Virus record (IMG/VR): IMGVR_UViG_3300049164_000023
Location: 1-41,199 of that record
Reading direction: 5' to 3' (one strand)
Source: a virus
Lineage: Duplodnaviria; Caudoviricetes
DNA length: 41,199 bases
Positions 1 to 9,346 of the stretch are shown here, in pieces (the first letter of the stretch is position 1; each line of letters opens with the position of its first letter). A program made the translations under genes and the position numbers. The notes under the pieces were generated by a model. The model ran no database searches and was not told the DNA's origin. It saw only the letters and a program-made list of their open reading frames with translations.

Positions 1-52
1 GCGTCTCAACTGCCCGACCGCCCCTAAATGAATCCGATCGAAAGAAAACGTC

Positions 53-523
53 ATGGCCCGAACAGCATCGCAAAGTCCCCCGGCGGCGCCGCGCGGTCTG
101 CGGCTGGTCCAGGGACGCAGCCCTGGGAAGGATTCCGGCGGACGGCCGGTCGAACCGGAAGTCCCGTTTACGCGTGAGCCGCCGGCGAAACCGGACCACC
201 TGGACGACGACGGTTCCTGGCTCTGGGATGAAGTGATCCGGCACATGACCGGCGTCGGTCTGCTAAAACCGCTGGACGCGGCCAGCTTGGAAGCGGTTTG
301 CGAGACTTTCAGCCGCTGGCGGGAAGCGGTCCGCATGCGGAAGTCGGAAGGACTGCTGCACACGAATTCCCAGGGACGGACGGCGGCGCCATGGGTCGGA
401 ATCGAGGAGCGCGCCGGCCGGGAATTCCGCGCCTGGTGTGCCGAATACGGCATGACGCCGGCGGCGGAAAAACACCTGGCCAGCGACAATGAGTCCAGCG
501 GCGAAGAAAACCCGTTCGCCTGA
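53..523 (+). CDS. terS: Terminase small subunit (P27 family)
   Basis: PPAKPDHLDD..W, LKPLDAASLEAVC, and C-terminal EYGMTPAA match P27-family small terminases; directly upstream of terL. Confidence 0.9.
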   Translation: MARTASQSPPAAPRGLRLVQGRSPGKDSGGRPVEPEVPFTREPPAKPDHLDDDGSWLWDEVIRHMTGVGLLKPLDAASLEAVCETFSRWREAVRMRKSEGLLHTNSQGRTAAPWVGIEERAGREFRAWCAEYGMTPAAEKHLASDNESSGEENPFA

Positions 524-2267
524 TTCCGGCGAAGCGTTCGGCCTGCCGCCGGCCGCGACGCTAAAACGGCTGAAAATTTCGCGGGAAGTCGCCTGGTTCC
601 TGGTTTCGCGGGGGATCCCGTTCCCGGAATTCCCGCCGTTCATCAAAACACCGGAACCGCGGACGGTAAAAGGCGCCGCGTTCGACCCGGAACGCGTCGA
701 TCACGTCCTGTCGGCGTTCAAAAACCTGCGGCATACCCAAGGGACCCTGGCCGGCCAGCCGCTGATCCCGGACCCCTGGCAAGTCGCCTACATCATCGCC
801 CCCGTTTTTGGCTGGGTCCGGAGGAACGACGCCGGCCGCTGGGTCCGGATCATCCGGAACTTTTACCTGGACGTCCCCCGCAAAAACGGGAAGACGACAC
901 TATGCGGCGGTTTCGCGATCTACCTAACCGCAGCCGACGGGGAAAACGGCGCCCAGGTCCTGGCCGCAGCGTCCACTAAGGACCAGGCCCGGTTCGTTTT
1001 CGACCCGATCAAGCACCTGGCCGAACGCGCGCCGGCGCTGCGCGGCCATGTAAAGGCCCTGAACGCGCGGATCATCCATCCCCGCACGAACTCTTATTTC
1101 GGCGTCGTGTCGTCCGCTGCGGACGCCCAGCACGGCGCGAATATCCATGGCGCGATCATCGACGAACTGCACATTCATAAGAAACCGGATACCGTCGAAG
1201 CGATCGAGACGGGAACGGGTTCCCGCGAACAGCCGCTGGTTATCAAGATCACGACGGCCGACGACGGCAAGCCGAACACGATCTACGCGCGGAACCGGCA
1301 TTACGTCGAACAGCTGGCCAGGGGAATTTTCAAGGACGAAACCAGTTACGGCGTCGTTTTTGCGGTCGAACGGGACGCGGATCCGTTCGCGGAACGGACC
1401 TGGAAGCAGTCGAACCCCGGCTACCCGGTAAGCCCGACCCGGGATTTCATGATCGCGGAAGCGAACAAGGCCCGGAATAATCCGGCGCTGCTGGCCGCGT
1501 TCAAACGCTTGCATCTGGGGATCCGGACCAAACAGACGACACAGTTTATCGACGTCCGCGAATGGAAGCTGAACGCCGGCCAAACGGTCCGCGAAAGCGA
1601 CCTGGAAGGCCGGATCGCCTATGGCGGACTGGACCTGGCCAGCGTTTCGGACCTCACGGCCCTATGCTGGCTGTTCCCGTTCGACGACGGTCCCGGTTAC
1701 GACGCGATCTGGCGGTTTTGGACTCCGGAAGACAACCTGGACGCCCTGGACAAGCGCACGGCCGGCGCCGCGTCGAAACTCTGGGTCCCCCAAGGCTGGC
1801 TGTTGACCACGCCCGGGAACGTGACCGATTACGAATTCATCAAAGCCCAGATCCTGTCCGACGCGGACAGTTTCGACGTCCAGTCCGTCGGTTTCGACCG
1901 CTGGAACAGTTCGCACCTGGTAAACGAGCTAATGGACGAAGGAATCCCCGTCGTGAAAGTCGGACAGGGATATTTATCGATGTCGCCGGCGCTGAAAGAG
2001 GTCCAACGCCTGGTGAAAATGGGCGCCGGCGGCGCCGCCGCGGACCGCCGGCCCCGGCTGCGGCATGGCGGGAACCCCGTCGCGCTCTGGAATGTGGATA
2101 ACCTGGCCGTCGATATGGACCCGGCCGGCAACGTCAAACCGTCGAAAGCGACGTCCGCGGACAAGATCGACGGCGTTTCCGCGCTATGCGACGCGATGTC
2201 CGAAGCCCTGGCGGCGCCCGAAATCAAAAAATCAGCCTACGAACTGCACGGCGTCCGCGCCGTATGA
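489..2267 (+). CDS. terL: Terminase large subunit
   Basis: PWQ motif, Walker A PRKNGKT, Walker B IIDELH, ITTA coupling motif, nuclease GLDLASVSD and KIDG. Confidence 0.97.
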   Translation: MSPAAKKTRSPDSGEAFGLPPAATLKRLKISREVAWFLVSRGIPFPEFPPFIKTPEPRTVKGAAFDPERVDHVLSAFKNLRHTQGTLAGQPLIPDPWQVAYIIAPVFGWVRRNDAGRWVRIIRNFYLDVPRKNGKTTLCGGFAIYLTAADGENGAQVLAAASTKDQARFVFDPIKHLAERAPALRGHVKALNARIIHPRTNSYFGVVSSAADAQHGANIHGAIIDELHIHKKPDTVEAIETGTGSREQPLVIKITTADDGKPNTIYARNRHYVEQLARGIFKDETSYGVVFAVERDADPFAERTWKQSNPGYPVSPTRDFMIAEANKARNNPALLAAFKRLHLGIRTKQTTQFIDVREWKLNAGQTVRESDLEGRIAYGGLDLASVSDLTALCWLFPFDDGPGYDAIWRFWTPEDNLDALDKRTAGAASKLWVPQGWLLTTPGNVTDYEFIKAQILSDADSFDVQSVGFDRWNSSHLVNELMDEGIPVVKVGQGYLSMSPALKEVQRLVKMGAGGAAADRRPRLRHGGNPVALWNVDNLAVDMDPAGNVKPSKATSADKIDGVSALCDAMSEALAAPEIKKSAYELHGVRAV

Positions 2268-2285
2268 CGGCGGAAAGGATCCTAG

Positions 2286-2489
2286 GTGAATGCCTACCGA
2301 CTGCAGCTGGGACAACGGGTCCTGGTCAATACCCGGACCGGGGACGCGATCCTGGGGAACGTTTCGGACGTGAACCGCGGCGCCGTCGCCCTGTCCGACG
2401 CGTCTCTGATCAGCCGCGACGGCCGCGGACCCCTGGACGGGATCGCGATCATCCCGGCCGATAACGTCGCCTGGATCCAGGTCCAATAA
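2286..2489 (+). CDS. Small Sm/LSm/Hfq-fold putative RNA-binding protein
   Basis: GQRVLVNTRTGDAILGNV (Sm1-like) ... ALSDA ... GIAIIPADNVAWIQ (Sm2-like); AAGGA SD; TAATG coupling to portal. Confidence 0.65.
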   Translation: MNAYRLQLGQRVLVNTRTGDAILGNVSDVNRGAVALSDASLISRDGRGPLDGIAIIPADNVAWIQVQ

Positions 2490-4474
2490 TGGGTTACGGG
2501 ATCCGCGACGGCGACATTATCGCCCTGAACAACGAAAAGGCCGGCGCGCTAACCCTGTCCGTCCCGATCCAGGACTACCGGGGAACGGAACTGGACCCGG
2601 AAACGCTCTGGCTGGCCCAGCCCAATATCCGGACCGTCGTCGATTTCGTCACGACGACGATCGCCGGCGTCCCGTTCAACCTGTACGACAGGGACGGGGA
2701 CAACGGCCGGACCCGGAACTATGTCCATCCCGTCGCGCGCGCGCTGAAAACGCCCGGTCCGAAACAGGGACAGAAACGATGGATCCAGCAGATCATGTTC
2801 GACCGGCTGATCTATGACCGCTGGGCGGCGATGATCTACTACCGGGACGACGGCGGGTTCGACCTGTTGCGTCTGCCGGCCGAACGGATCACGTTCATAA
2901 CGGACAGTCTGGATCGATTCGTCGAAATCGGGATCTGGATCGACGGCGAGCTACGGACCCGGCCCCTGGACGACATTGTTTTCGACGTCGGCGTCGGACC
3001 GACCCGCAAAAACCGCAAACCCGGTTTTTCCGCGCTGCGGACGCTCTCGGATCTGGCCCTGGAACTGCAGGGAATGAGCGAATACCGGGCGAACCTGTTC
3101 CGGAACTCGGCCATGGTCCCGGCCGTGATCGAACGGCCGGCGGACGCCCCGAAATGGTCCGACGACGGCTGGAAGCGGTTCAAAGCCGAATTCGCCCAGT
3201 ACCGCGCCGGCGGCGGCAACGCCGGCGGAACCCCGCTGCTCGAAGACGGCATGAAGCTAAAGCCGGTAGACGTTTTCAATCCGAAAGACAGCCAATATAT
3301 CGAGGTCCGACAGCTGGCCCTGGTCGAAGCGGCCCAGGCTATGCGGATCCCGCCGGAACTGGTCGGCGCGAAAGACGGAACCCATTCGAATATCGTCGCG
3401 CTGCGCGAACAGCTGTATGTGGACGTCCTGGGACCGGAATTCGGGTTCCTGGAAGACGCGCTGAACGTCGGTCTGGCCCACGTTATGAAGCCGAACCAGT
3501 ACATCGAAGCCGATCTGGGCGTGAAGCTGCGCGGATCCCTGGCGGACCGCGCGCGGATTTACCAGACGGCCAGCGGCCGGCCATGGCTGACGACGAACGA
3601 AGTCCGCGCCATGGAAAACAAACCGGCCGTCGAAAACGGCGACGAACTGGTGACGCCGCTAAACGTGCTGACCGGCGGACAGGCGTCGCCGGCCGACGGC
3701 GGGACGACGGACCCGGAAGACCTGGACGACGACGGACAGGAAAAAATACCGGCCCCAAAAGCGGTCGGCCGCAAAGCGGCCACGCCGAATAAATGGTCCA
3801 GGATCGACGCAGCGTCCGAAGCCCTGGCCGCGGACGCCGTTTCCTGGTGGCACGGCTACGCGCGGCGCTGGGCGGACCGCCTGGGCGTCGATCTGGACGA
3901 ACAGGACGGCAAATCCCGGCGTAAGGCCCTGCCGGCCCTGCCGGACCCGGAAGAAATGATCGACGAAGCGGAAGGACTGGCCACGCTGCTATTGCACGGC
4001 CTGAAAGCCGCAGCGGACGCCGGGTCCGATGTCGTCCTAATGGAATTCAACCCGGACGCCGAAAATTTCGATCCCGGGCGTCAAATGGGCTGGCTGGAAC
4101 GGACATCGACCCGGGAAGCCCTGGCCTACGACGCGCGGACCTATGACGCCATAGCGGACGCCATGCGGGATCCGGCGACCTGGACCGAAGGCGTCCGCCG
4201 GGTCCTGTCCAACGATTCGACGATTACCGCCTGGACGGTCGGCCTGGCGACCGAAGCGGCCAGTTTCGGCGAGACGGACGCCGCGAAAGCGTCCGGCCTG
4301 AAATCCAAGACCTGGCATACCGGCCGGAACCCGCGCCCGTCGCATAAGGCCCAGAACGGCGTAACCGTCGAAATCGACGACTATTTCCCGAATTTCCAAC
4401 GTTATCCCGGCGACTGGCAAGGCGGGATCGAGGAAGTCGCTAACTGTAACTGCCGCCTGTCATTCAACCGATAA
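2489..4474 (+). CDS. HK97-type portal protein fused to a C-terminal MuF-like domain
   Basis: Portal motifs NAGGTPLLEDGMK, IPPELVG, WLTTNEVRAMEN; after an acidic linker, KTWHT..RPSH...YPGD...NCNC typical of MuF. Confidence 0.92.
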   Translation: MGYGIRDGDIIALNNEKAGALTLSVPIQDYRGTELDPETLWLAQPNIRTVVDFVTTTIAGVPFNLYDRDGDNGRTRNYVHPVARALKTPGPKQGQKRWIQQIMFDRLIYDRWAAMIYYRDDGGFDLLRLPAERITFITDSLDRFVEIGIWIDGELRTRPLDDIVFDVGVGPTRKNRKPGFSALRTLSDLALELQGMSEYRANLFRNSAMVPAVIERPADAPKWSDDGWKRFKAEFAQYRAGGGNAGGTPLLEDGMKLKPVDVFNPKDSQYIEVRQLALVEAAQAMRIPPELVGAKDGTHSNIVALREQLYVDVLGPEFGFLEDALNVGLAHVMKPNQYIEADLGVKLRGSLADRARIYQTASGRPWLTTNEVRAMENKPAVENGDELVTPLNVLTGGQASPADGGTTDPEDLDDDGQEKIPAPKAVGRKAATPNKWSRIDAASEALAADAVSWWHGYARRWADRLGVDLDEQDGKSRRKALPALPDPEEMIDEAEGLATLLLHGLKAAADAGSDVVLMEFNPDAENFDPGRQMGWLERTSTREALAYDARTYDAIADAMRDPATWTEGVRRVLSNDSTITAWTVGLATEAASFGETDAAKASGLKSKTWHTGRNPRPSHKAQNGVTVEIDDYFPNFQRYPGDWQGGIEEVANCNCRLSFNR

Positions 4475-4500
4475 CCGGCCAACAAAGGAAGGAACCCCCA

Positions 4501-5340
4501 ATGCGGACAATGGATTTCAAAGCCGCCGTTCTGGGCGCCGGCGACGGGGACCTGGCCGACGGCGAAATCATCGCCCTGGTATCAGTGTTCGGCAACGTCG
4601 ATTCGTTCGGCGACGTCGTGATTCCCGGCGCGTTCAGTAAATCCCTGATCGAGTGGGAAACCCGCGGCGACCCGATCCCGTTCATCTGGGCGCACGACTG
4701 GACCGACCCGTTTTCCCATATCGGCGTGATCCGCGGCGCGGAAGAAACCGACGCCGGCCTACGGGTCCGCGCGTTCATCAGCCCGGAGGAACGCGACCTG
4801 AACGCGAAAGCCGCCCAGGTTTACCGGCTGCTCAAAAACCGGAGAGTAACCCAGTTCAGTTTCGCGTTCGACATCATCGACGGCGCGTTCGCCGAACGCG
4901 ACGGCCGCGAAGTCTACGAACTACGCGAACTGAAAATCCACGAAATCGGCCCCTGTCTGCTGGGCGTGAACCAGGAAACCGAACTGATCGCCGCGAAAGC
5001 GTCGCGACTGTCGTCCCTGGAAGCCGCCGGCGGCGGACGTAAGGCATACCAGAACCTAACCATGGCCCGGGACGCGATCGACGCGATCCTGGCGAAAACG
5101 GATCCCGGCGACGGCCAGGAACCCCACACAGACCCCCCGGCGACGCCGGCCGAACAGATCCCCGTCCAGGAACAGGACGGGGATTCGCATTTAAGCGGCC
5201 AGGACGACGACGGGGAACGCCGGAATGAACCCGGATCCACTAACCAGGACGAAAAATCCCGGTCCGCCTGTGGAACGGCAGTAAGCCCCGCAACCGCAAC
5301 CCTGTTAGCCGCCCTGGCTGAACAGGAAGAAACCGAGTAA
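4501..5340 (+). CDS. HK97-type prohead protease
   Basis: SVFGNVDSFGDVVIPGAF, WAHDW (catalytic His), FSFAF (catalytic Ser), HEIGPCLLGVN; GGAAGGA SD. Confidence 0.93.
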   Translation: MRTMDFKAAVLGAGDGDLADGEIIALVSVFGNVDSFGDVVIPGAFSKSLIEWETRGDPIPFIWAHDWTDPFSHIGVIRGAEETDAGLRVRAFISPEERDLNAKAAQVYRLLKNRRVTQFSFAFDIIDGAFAERDGREVYELRELKIHEIGPCLLGVNQETELIAAKASRLSSLEAAGGGRKAYQNLTMARDAIDAILAKTDPGDGQEPHTDPPATPAEQIPVQEQDGDSHLSGQDDDGERRNEPGSTNQDEKSRSACGTAVSPATATLLAALAEQEETE

Positions 5341-5358
5341 GGAAGGAAACCCCCTGTC

Positions 5359-6663
5359 ATGACTGACAAGGACCCACGCGCACGCCGGGACGAACTGCTG
5401 AAAAAGGCCCGGGACATCGCCGCGAACGCCGAAGCCGCAGCCCGGGATTTTACCGATGAAGAGCGGACCGAAGTCGCCGGATACCTGGACGAAGTGAAGT
5501 CCATCAACGCGAATCTCCGGAAGGCCAACGAATCCCGCCGCATGGTCCAGGAAATGGACGAACTGCTGAAAGCGGAGGAAGCCGGCGAACTGAACCGGGA
5601 AGTCCTGGAAGGAACCCGGACCGGCCTAAAGGCCCAGCCCGGATCCATCGGCGAACAGTTCATTAAGTCCGACGCATACCAGGGACTGATGTCCCGCGCG
5701 GCCGGCGGAAAGTTCAGCGAAAAAGCCCGGATCCAGTCCGACCCGTTCCACGTCACCGGCGGTCTAAAGGCCCTGGTAACGTCCGGCGGCGGCACGACCG
5801 ACGCCGGCGTCCTGTTCCAGCCGCAACAGCTGGGCGTCGTGCCCTATCCGCAGCTGCAGCCGAAACTCCGGGACATCATTACCACCGGCACGACGACGAC
5901 GGACCGGATCGAATACGCCCAGGTTCTGAACGAGACGAACGGCGCGACCAACGCAGCGAAGACCGTCCGGGAAGCCACCGGCACGAACGACGGATCCGGC
6001 GTCAAGCCCGAATCCGGCCTGGCGTTCCGGAAGGCGTCCGCCGACGTCGTAACCGTCGCTCACTGGATCCCGGCGACTAAGCGTTCCCTGTCGGACGCCG
6101 CCCAGGTCCGGACCCTGATCGACGGATTCCTGCGCCGCGGCCTGGATCTGGAAATCGACCGCCTGATCCTGTCCGGCGACGCCGACACGCCCGTCGGCGA
6201 TGAGGAATGGAACGGGATCCTGAACACGACAGGCGTCCAGGCCCAGGCCTGGGACGCGCGCGGGATCGCCGCGACGATCCGTAAGGGTATCGGCCGCGTC
6301 GTGAACATCGGCGGACAGGTAAACGGCGTTCTGGTTTCCCCGGAACTGGACGAAGAACTGGACCTGCTGCAGGACGCGAACGATCGCTATTACGGCCAGG
6401 GACCGTTCGGAATCGGACCGGCGACCATCTGGGGACGGCCCCGGATCGTAGTCCCGGCCCTGTCCGGCCGGAATACCTGGATCGCCGGCGATTTCTCCAC
6501 TTGCGTTCTGTGGGACCGCGAACAGGCAACGCTCACGGCGACGGATTCCCACGCGGATTTCTTTATCCGGAACCTGGTAGCGATCCTGGCCGAAGCGCGT
6601 GCCGCGTTCGGCATTTTCAACCCGAATCTGCTTGTGACCGGCACTGAAACCGCCGGCGTCTAA
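5359..6663 (+). CDS. Major capsid protein (HK97 fold, N-terminal delta domain)
   Basis: Coiled-coil N-terminus, KPES, VAHWIPAT, IWGRP, FIRNLVAILAEAR. Confidence 0.96.
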   Translation: MTDKDPRARRDELLKKARDIAANAEAAARDFTDEERTEVAGYLDEVKSINANLRKANESRRMVQEMDELLKAEEAGELNREVLEGTRTGLKAQPGSIGEQFIKSDAYQGLMSRAAGGKFSEKARIQSDPFHVTGGLKALVTSGGGTTDAGVLFQPQQLGVVPYPQLQPKLRDIITTGTTTTDRIEYAQVLNETNGATNAAKTVREATGTNDGSGVKPESGLAFRKASADVVTVAHWIPATKRSLSDAAQVRTLIDGFLRRGLDLEIDRLILSGDADTPVGDEEWNGILNTTGVQAQAWDARGIAATIRKGIGRVVNIGGQVNGVLVSPELDEELDLLQDANDRYYGQGPFGIGPATIWGRPRIVVPALSGRNTWIAGDFSTCVLWDREQATLTATDSHADFFIRNLVAILAEARAAFGIFNPNLLVTGTETAGV

Positions 6664-6684
6664 TCCCTGGAAGGAATCCTGATC

Positions 6685-6897
6685 ATGGCAACGAATGATG
6701 AAGTCCAGGCGGCGGAAGACAGCCGCGACGAAATGGTGATCCGGGACGGCGTTCGTTACCGGCCGAAGGACGCCGCGAAGCTGGACGCCCAGCCGGCCGG
6801 CGACGACGCCCAGACCACGGACACCGCGGACGCGGAGAAGAAAACCCGTTCGACATCCGCGAACAAGGCCCGGACCGCCGGCGACGGGGACAAGTAG
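6685..6897 (+). CDS. Hypothetical protein (small post-capsid protein)
   Basis: GGAAGGA SD, in-operon position, IRDGVRYRPKDA motif. Confidence 0.7.
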   Translation: MATNDEVQAAEDSRDEMVIRDGVRYRPKDAAKLDAQPAGDDAQTTDTADAEKKTRSTSANKARTAGDGDK

Positions 6898-6903
6898 GAA
6901 CCG

Positions 6904-7443
6904 ATGGAACCCCCGCTGCTGGCAGAACCGGAAGACCTGGCAACACTGACGAACCTGTCGGCGGCGGACCCGAACCTGGCACTGGCACTTAAGCGCGCCA
7001 GTGCCAGGTTCCAGGGTCCCGGCGGGATCGGCTACCCGCTGCACTACCAGGAAAACGACACGATCCGCCTGGACGGAACCGGATCCCGGGTTCTGCTGTT
7101 GCCGGCGGCGCCGATCGAGCATCTGACCGTTGCGATCGACGGCCGGCCTGTCTCGGACTGGGCGCTAGCGGCCAGGAACGGCGTCCTGTACCGGGACGGC
7201 GGGATCTGGCCGGCCGGCCTGGAAAACATCGAAATCACCTATTCGCACGGCTACCGGAAAATCCCGGAAGACGTCCAGGACGCCGTTCTGGAACACGCCA
7301 CGACGCTGGCCATGGTCTACGCCCATGTTCAACAGGAAAGCGCCGGCGGAACCCAGGTTTCCTACGGCGCCGCGGCGACCGTCGGGACTACCCAGAAATG
7401 GGTCGAAACGGTGAACGCGTACCGGCTACGGGACCGAACATGA
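6904..7443 (+). CDS. Head-to-tail adaptor
   Basis: LAEPEDL, LDGTGSRVLLLP, ITYSHGY..IPEDV typical of gp6/gp15-like adaptors. Confidence 0.85.
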   Translation: MEPPLLAEPEDLATLTNLSAADPNLALALKRASARFQGPGGIGYPLHYQENDTIRLDGTGSRVLLLPAAPIEHLTVAIDGRPVSDWALAARNGVLYRDGGIWPAGLENIEITYSHGYRKIPEDVQDAVLEHATTLAMVYAHVQQESAGGTQVSYGAAATVGTTQKWVETVNAYRLRDRT

Positions 7444-7805
7444 CCCCGTTACCCCGGTTCGCGAAACAGGAATTTTTCATCACGGAACCAGGGACCCGGA
7501 CCGTTTACGGCCAGACCGTGAAGGACTGGGACGCCGCGGGACCGCCGCGGCCGGTCTACGGCTGGGCGGAACCGGCCGGCACGGACGAATACAACGTGAA
7601 CCGGGACGCGGTTCGAACCGGCTGGAACGTCTACCTGGAACCCGGCACGGAACCGCCCACGGCGGACGCAAAAATCCGGCTGCACGACGGCCAGGATTAC
7701 CACGCGATAGGCGATCCGGCGCCGGTCCCGGCCGCGCCGACTGGCCCTGGCAGAAACCGCCGGACCGATCACATTTTCGTCTATGTCGAACGCTGGAAGG
7801 GATAA
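7440..7805 (+). CDS. Head-to-tail stopper
   Basis: ATGA overlap at 7440; YGQTVKDW, GQDYHAIGDP, C-terminal ERWKG. Confidence 0.8.
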   Translation: MTPLPRFAKQEFFITEPGTRTVYGQTVKDWDAAGPPRPVYGWAEPAGTDEYNVNRDAVRTGWNVYLEPGTEPPTADAKIRLHDGQDYHAIGDPAPVPAAPTGPGRNRRTDHIFVYVERWKG

Positions 7806-7808
7806 CCC

Positions 7809-8066
7809 ATGGCGAAGCGTATCGGGAAAGTGAAGCTGAACAGCCGCGGGATCCAAGCGATCATGAAGTCCGCCGGCGTGAAAGCGGACCTGGACCGGCG
7901 CGCGCGGCGGATCGCTGCAGCGGCCGGCCCGGGCGTCGAAGCCATGCCGGCCGAATCCGGCGCCGAACGCGCGCGCGCGGCCGTCGTCACCACGACCTAT
8001 CAAGGCCGGCTGAACGAAGCGCGGGACCGGAAGCTAACCCGGGCGATCGACGCGGGACGCGGCTAA
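7809..8066 (+). CDS. Neck/tail completion protein (HK97 gp10-like position)
   Basis: VKLNSRGIQAIMKS..V.ADL.RRARRIA pattern common in actinophage neck genes; synteny. Confidence 0.7.
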   Translation: MAKRIGKVKLNSRGIQAIMKSAGVKADLDRRARRIAAAAGPGVEAMPAESGAERARAAVVTTTYQGRLNEARDRKLTRAIDAGRG

Positions 8067-8458
8067 TGGTCCAGCGGATCGTTTTCCCGTCGGCTACGCA
8101 GTTCCTGATCGACTACCTGGCCACCGTCACGACGGCGCCCGTCGTCGGCCTGGGGATCCCCACCGCGAAACGGTTCGTCAAGATCACGCGCGCCGGCGGA
8201 CTCTCGGACCTGGACCTGGCCGACGTCGCCCAGCTGCTGGTCGAAATCTACGATTCCTGGCCCGACGCCGCCGAACTGTTCGCCCTGGACATCCGGTCCC
8301 ATATCCGATCCCTGGAAGGCCGAACCGTCCTGGGCGTGAACGTGAAACGCGTCGTCGAATACGGCGGAATAGCGAATCTGCCGGATCCGCGGACGCCGGA
8401 CCTGGCCAGGTTCACATTCACGATCGCGCTTTATCTGCGCGGAAACCCCACCGAGTAA
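8066..8458 (+). CDS. Tail terminator
   Basis: FVKITRAGG, NLPDP..ARFTFT; position before major tail. Confidence 0.8.
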   Translation: MVQRIVFPSATQFLIDYLATVTTAPVVGLGIPTAKRFVKITRAGGLSDLDLADVAQLLVEIYDSWPDAAELFALDIRSHIRSLEGRTVLGVNVKRVVEYGGIANLPDPRTPDLARFTFTIALYLRGNPTE

Positions 8459-8471
8459 GGACGGAACGGTT

Positions 8472-8669
8472 ATGCGGATCACTTTCGCGAACAACTACAC
8501 CACGCCCAACGGCCGGCATTACCTGGCCGGCCATGACTACGACGTGAACGACGACGACGCGCGTTCCCTAATTTTCCGCGGGACGGCGCGCCGCGCCGAC
8601 GCGGAAGGCGGGGCGGCCACGGCTGCAACCCCGGAACCCCACGAAACCGACACTGATAAGGAGAACTGA
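8472..8669 (+). CDS. Hypothetical protein
   Basis: AAGGA SD; YDVNDDDARSLIFRGTAR; fills the gap before major tail. Confidence 0.7.
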   Translation: MRITFANNYTTPNGRHYLAGHDYDVNDDDARSLIFRGTARRADAEGGAATAATPEPHETDTDKEN

Positions 8670-8671
8670 CC

Positions 8672-9235
8672 GTGGCTAAGAACTACGACAACATTCACAT
8701 TTACGGCGACCTGGAATCCGACGTCTGGGTCGGCGACGTCGGCGCCACACTGCCCCAGACCCTGGTCGAACCGGCCGCGCCGGCGTTCGATTCCCTGGGC
8801 TGGCTTTCGGAAGAAGGCGTTTCCCTGGCGATCGAAACCAACGTGGAAAAGTTCCGCGGCTGGCAAGGCGGATCCGTGCTGCGGACCAAAGTAACCAGCA
8901 CTGACAAGTCATTCACCGTCCAGGCCCTGGAAGAAAAGCGGCTGACTACCGGCCTGTATTTCGGACACGGCGATCCCGTCGTGACCGGAACCGGAGATAC
9001 CGCCGTCGCGCGGCTGGATCTGCCCGAATCCATCGGGACCGTCGCACGGTCGGCCGTCGTCCGGTTCAAAGACGGCGGCGTCGATAAGTTCCTGTGCTGC
9101 GAAAAGGTCGAAGTCACGGAGCGCGGCGAACTGACGCATCAAAACACGTCCATGACGATTTACGAATTCACGTTCGAAATCATCGGCGCCGCCTACATCC
9201 TGACCAATAACCCGGCCTATCTGCCGGCGGTCTAA
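8672..9235 (+). CDS. Major tail protein
   Basis: LGWLSEEGV, FRGWQGG.VLRT, FTVQALE, YEFTFE. Confidence 0.9.
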   Translation: MAKNYDNIHIYGDLESDVWVGDVGATLPQTLVEPAAPAFDSLGWLSEEGVSLAIETNVEKFRGWQGGSVLRTKVTSTDKSFTVQALEEKRLTTGLYFGHGDPVVTGTGDTAVARLDLPESIGTVARSAVVRFKDGGVDKFLCCEKVEVTERGELTHQNTSMTIYEFTFEIIGAAYILTNNPAYLPAV

Positions 9236-9247
9236 GGATCCTGGATC

Positions 9248-9346
9248 GGCTGGGCTGGGTTTTTCTCGGCGGTTCAACCCAGCCCAGCCACCACAAAAAC
9301 GAACCGCCGTAAACCGCCATAAAACCGCCCCTGAAAGGAAACCGCC
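9248..9346 (+). promoter_or_regulatory. 14-bp stem-loop / H-type pseudoknot plus four AACCGCC repeats in the major tail - chaperone intergenic region
   Basis: GGCTGGGCTGGGTT (9248-9261) pairs with AACCCAGCCCAGCC (9276-9289); loop CGGCGGTTC (9267-9275) is complementary to GAACCGCCG (9301-9309). Confidence 0.7.

Noticed and set aside
4914-7122. Long minus-strand ORFs (293 aa, 452 aa) and similar ones opposite tape measure, SSB and primase
   Set aside because: Antisense shadows of well-supported genes in GC-rich DNA; no motifs or RBS
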